From an uncultured Acidobacteriota bacterium (lineage in GTDB: Bacteria > Acidobacteriota > Terriglobia > Terriglobales > Acidobacteriaceae), in NCBI GenBank assembly GCA_963725575.1, contig CAVRZQ010000034.1, forward strand, positions 32,949-96,948: 64,000 nt of DNA, written 5' to 3'. The notes under the pieces were generated by a model, which was given only the letters and a program-made list of their open reading frames with translations, was not told where the DNA came from and ran no database searches. Of the stretch, positions 60,643 to 64,000 are shown piece after piece (within the stretch, counting starts at the first letter, position 1; each line of letters begins with the position of its first letter). Position numbers and translations under genes: made by a program.

Positions 60643-61552
60643 TCAAAAGAATTTCGTCACACCCTCTTCCAGCACCACCACCTGATCCTTCAATGCCCGC
60701 GCTCTTGGCTTCTTTCTCCAGAAGTTGCAGAGGTTCATCGATCGGTTCATGGGACAGGCGGAAGCTGCCGTAGTGCATGGGCACCATCCAGCGCGCGTTC
60801 AGATCGAGAAATGCCGCGTGGCATCTGCGGGGCTGGTGTGCACATTGCGGAACTGTTCCGGGTTATAGGCTCCGATCGGAAGCAGGGCCACCTCGGGCGC
60901 AAGCGGCGTCGCCGATCTCGCGGAAGCCGGCGAAGTAGGCGGTGTCGCCCGCGTGATAGACGGAATGCTTCGCCGAGCGCAGCACGTAGCCGCCATAGCC
61001 GCGGTGTGAATCCTTGAAAATGCGCGCGCCCCAATGCCGCGACGGCACGTGAGTGACGGTCAGTCCGCGCATGGCGATACGTGATTCCACCACTCCAGTT
61101 CGACAATGATCTGGTCGAAGCCGAGATCGGAGACCAGGTCGAACACGTGATGCGGAATGACCAGCGTAGGCGCGCGTCCCGGTCTGCCGGCGCGTCTGGC
61201 GTCGCGATCGCGCGCAGGGACTGACGGTGCAGGTGATCGAAATGCGCGTGCGTGACCAGCACCACATCCATCGGAGGCAGGTCGCTGCATGCTGCAGTCC
61301 GGGCTGTCGCAGGCGCTTCAACAAGAAAGAGCCAGCGGGCAAAGTTCGGGTCGATGAGTGACGTTCTGCCCGCCGATCTGCAGGAAGAAGCTGGATGTCC
61401 GATGAAGGTAACGCCCAGTTCGCCATTGCGCGACCAGTTGTGGCTTGTAGGTGCTGCCGGTGCGGGGAGTGACCGCGGAGTGGCGCACCAGGCGGGTGAA
61501 TTGCTGTGCCCGCTTGCGCAGGGCGGGATTTTCGAAGAGTCGCTTTAATCAT
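60643..61552 (-). pseudogene. MBL-fold metallo-hydrolase; about 11 frame breaks in 0.9 kb
   Basis: Pieces in three frames join as MIK|RLFENPAL..|ELGVTFIGH|SSFFLQIGGQNV|LIDPNFARWLF|LLKRLRQPGLQ|DLPPMDVVLVTHAHFDHLH..|PTLVIPHH..ELEWW|..GLTVTHVPSRHWG..YHAGDTAYF..|LAPEVALLPIGAY..|..WMVPMHYGSFRLSHEP..|DQVVVLEEGVTKFF*. Confidence 0.7.
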
Positions 61553-61842
61553 GAAGCCTGCGTACAACCTGGACGGATTTGCCCCTGATCCCTATGTTCT
61601 TGTGCTGGCCAAGGCGGCCAGACCCCTCGCCGCCCGCCGGTCGGCTCGATCTCCGAATTTTTAGAAAGCAACTCTATGTTTACGGCAAGTCCATAGCAGA
61701 TTGCTTGACCGCCGTTACGATCGTCATATCTAATTCAAACACCTGCACATCCGTACAGACGGGCATCGGCCTGTCCTGTTTGACTGCCACGCGACGCGGC
61801 TATCCGCGTCCTTGACCACGAAGCCAACGGGAGACTGCGGCA

Positions 61843-62724
61843 ATGCGCGTTGCTTTTCTAGGGTTGGGAATCATGGGACGGCCGATGGCGGCTAACCTGG
61901 TCAAAGCCGGGCACGAAGTTGCGGTCTGGAACCGTTCGCCGGGCAAAGACGTGGAGGGCGCGCGCAGCGCCGAGTCTCCCGCCGACGCTGCCAACGGCGC
62001 GGAAGTGGTGTGGATGTGCGTGTCCGACACCAAGGCCGTGGAAACGGTGTTGTTTGGTCCGCAGGGCGTCGAATCGACCATCCGCTCAGGCGCGATCGTG
62101 GTGGACTCCAGCACGATTTCGCCGTCCGCCGAACACCAGTTTGCGGAACGGCTTCGCGCGCAAAGGAGTTGACTACGTCGACGCCCCGGTGACGGGCTCC
62201 AAGGTGGCCGCCGAAAATGGAACGCTGATCTTCATGGCCGGCGGCGACGAAGGCGTGCTGGCGAAACTGCGAGCCGCTTTTTCAAGTCCATGGGCAAGCA
62301 GGTGTTCCGCATGGGCGAGACCAGCAAGGGGCAGGCCGCGAAGCTGGTCATGAACCTGCAGATCGCGCTGATCTACGAGGGATTTGCCGAAGCGCTCACA
62401 CTGGCGACCAAGCTGGGCGTCAATGTCGATACGCTGTTGCCACTGATCCAGGCCTCGATGGTGCGGTCAGGCGTGGTGGAGTACAAGGCGCCCTTCATTC
62501 TGAAGCGCGACTTCACGCCGAATTTTCCGCTGCGCCTGATGTTGAAAGACATCCATCTCGCGCTCGCAGCGGCCAAAGAAGCACGCGTGAAGTTGCCGGC
62601 GCTGGAAACCGTCGAAGAGGTGTACGAGATGGCTGCGGAAGAGGGACATGAGGATCTGGATTACGCGGCGACGCTGACCCTGCTGGAAAAATGGGCAGGA
62701 GTGGAAGTGAAGGGCGCCGCGTAA
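61843..62724 (+). CDS. NAD(P)-dependent 3-hydroxyisobutyrate / tartronate-semialdehyde reductase family oxidoreductase; two frameshifts
   Basis: MRVAFLGLGIMGRPMAANL (Rossmann), ..VDSSTISP.., GVDYVDAPVTGSKVAAENGTL, ..GQAAKLVMN.. LMLKDIHLAL. Switches near 62155 and 62285. Confidence 0.8.
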
Positions 62725-62750
62725 AACATTCGCATTTGAATTCAGCTGAG

Positions 62751-62790
62751 GGAGCGACGGGCGTCCCCTCGACTCTCGCTCAGGGCCGGC
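62751..62790. repeat. GC-rich palindromic repeat (GGAGCGACGGGCG core)
   Basis: GGAGCGACGGGCGTCCCCTCGACTCTCGCTCAGGGC. The 13-mer is identical to the reverse complements at 8222-8234 and 59823-59835. Confidence 0.55.
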
Positions 62791-63110
62791 TATTGCACCT
62801 CCACCCCGGCGCAGTTCGTCTCAATATTAGCCACCAGCTAAGAAATCACTCTACGATCGCTTCCAGGCGCGCGCCGGGTCGCCGGAGGCTCCGCAGGGCC
62901 TCCGGGTAGCTAACTGTGCGGCTACGGGGCTCATGACGCATTTAAACGGCATTCTGCAAGAGGTCCGGACCCCGGTTTTCGTCGGCAAGAGCCCTGCGTT
63001 CGTCGGATATTCTATAACTATAAGATTTTATTGATCCGCCCCGCCTGGCATTCGACATTTAGAATGACGCGGCCGAAGTCTCCGGCAAACTTCCCGACAG
63101 GTCCAAGCGC

Positions 63111-63467
63111 ATGAATGTTTTGCTGCAGGTGGTGGTGGGCGCTGTGGTCGGAATTCTGGTTGGTATCACGGGGACGGGCGGGGCCTTCGTGATTCCCGCG
63201 TTGATCTACCTGTTCCGCATGGACCAGTTGCGCGCGCAAGGCACGGCGCTGCTGATTTCGTCGCTGCCCATCTGGTTCATCGCCTTCATTCCCTACGCGC
63301 GCTCGCACCATTTCGATTTGCGGCTGGGGCTGCTGGTTGCGGCCGGAATTTGCGTGGGCAGTTATTTCGGGGCGAGTTGGGCGCAGCATCTTCCCCTGCC
63401 GGTGCTGCGACGGGTGCTCGGGAGCGTGCTGATTCTCATCGGGGCCCGATTTCTGTACCGGGGGTAG
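63111..63467 (+). CDS. Half-size TauE/SafE-family (DUF81) membrane protein, 118 aa
   Basis: [35 protein letters not shown].. is one 4-TM TauE repeat only. Confidence 0.7.
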   Translation: MNVLLQVVVGAVVGILVGITGTGGAFVIPALIYLFRMDQLRAQGTALLISSLPIWFIAFIPYARSHHFDLRLGLLVAAGICVGSYFGASWAQHLPLPVLRRVLGSVLILIGARFLYRG

Positions 63468-63678
63468 TGGGGAACACTCGGGCGATGCAACGGGCGAGAC
63501 GCGGACAGCCCACAGGATGGCGGCGCGACTCCATTCTGACCGCGATCGCAATGGCACTTTTCGTGAGGCCCGTTACCCTCGTAATGCCCTAAGTGCTTGC
63601 TATTACACAAGTATTACAGAGGTCCATCCCCTTCCCTTGATACCTTACGAGTACATCTTCCGAGACGGGGAAATTTCT

Positions 63679-64000
63679 ATGGAACTCGAAGCGATCGGGC
63701 GCGACCACGCCGGCGACGATCAGATTAACTGGGTCACCGCAATCTTCATGGGCCTGTTTCACGTGGGCGCTATTGCGGCGCTGTTTTTCTTTACCTGGAA
63801 AGCATTCTTTGTCGCGTGCTTTCTATGGTGGGTGTCGGGCTCGCTCGGCATCGGGATGAGTTATCACCGACTGCTGACGCACCGCGGCTACAAGACGCCC
63901 AAGTGGGTGGAGTATTTCCTGACGGTCTGCGCCACGCTGGCGCTGGAAGGTGGGCCGATCTTCTGGGTGGCGACGCATCGCATCCATCACAAGTTTTCCG
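63679..64000 (+). CDS. Acyl-CoA/acyl-lipid delta-9 fatty-acid desaturase, 3' end beyond the window
   Basis: Hand translation [58 protein letters not shown] shows histidine boxes HRLLTH and HRIHH. Open to the window end. Confidence 0.85.
   Translation, partial: MELEAIGRDHAGDDQINWVTAIFMGLFHVGAIAALFFFTWKAFFVACFLWWVSGSLGIGMSYHRLLTHRGYKTPKWVEYFLTVCATLALEGGPIFWVATHRIHHKFS

Noticed and set aside
61579-61815. 78-aa ORF between the MBL pseudogene and the HIBADH-like gene
   Set aside because: No SD, odd composition, and it lies in the divergent promoter region. Treated as non-coding.

Overview
High-GC chromosomal segment that looks acidobacterial (Terriglobia-like). Supporting gene content: a VWFA-related 'acidobacterial domain' protein, a DUF1800/DUF1501 pair, a CarboxypepD_reg repeat protein, futalosine-pathway menaquinone genes and GC-rich palindromic intergenic repeats. 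I call about 60 protein genes. Most are housekeeping or envelope/metabolic: alkA, nuoB, bioY, mqnA/C/D, dprA-topA, mlaEF, argD, peptidases, hydrolases, cytochromes, and a sensor kinase with an NtrC-type regulator. I found no rRNA, tRNA or CRISPR array.

Two things stand out. (1) Reading frames are broken very often, roughly 50 single-frame switches by hand count. The breaks are very unevenly distributed: some genes are shredded while 2-kb neighbours are intact. Conserved protein sense continues across each break, which looks like +/-1 indels (consensus error or very recent decay). For these genes I merged the fragments by eye, so coordinates and break positions are approximate. (2) The intergenic space carries several repeat systems:
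- a 397-bp TIR/TSD-bounded MITE-like IS remnant;
- a four-helix-bundle (23S-rRNA-IVS/Avd-family) gene cassette bracketed by inverted heptad arrays, inserted between dprA and topA;
- a GGAGCGACGGGCG-core palindromic repeat family;
- CACAGAG-type inverted-repeat units.

Other candidates for follow-up are an MlaEF transporter coupled to an HExxH protein instead of an MCE protein, an orphan nuoB plus Rieske pair, and a small secreted Cys-peptide gene next to a 7-TM protein. No canonical defence system, prophage or biosynthetic cluster is recognisable. Many long ORFs in the track are antisense shadows of real genes in this GC-rich DNA.
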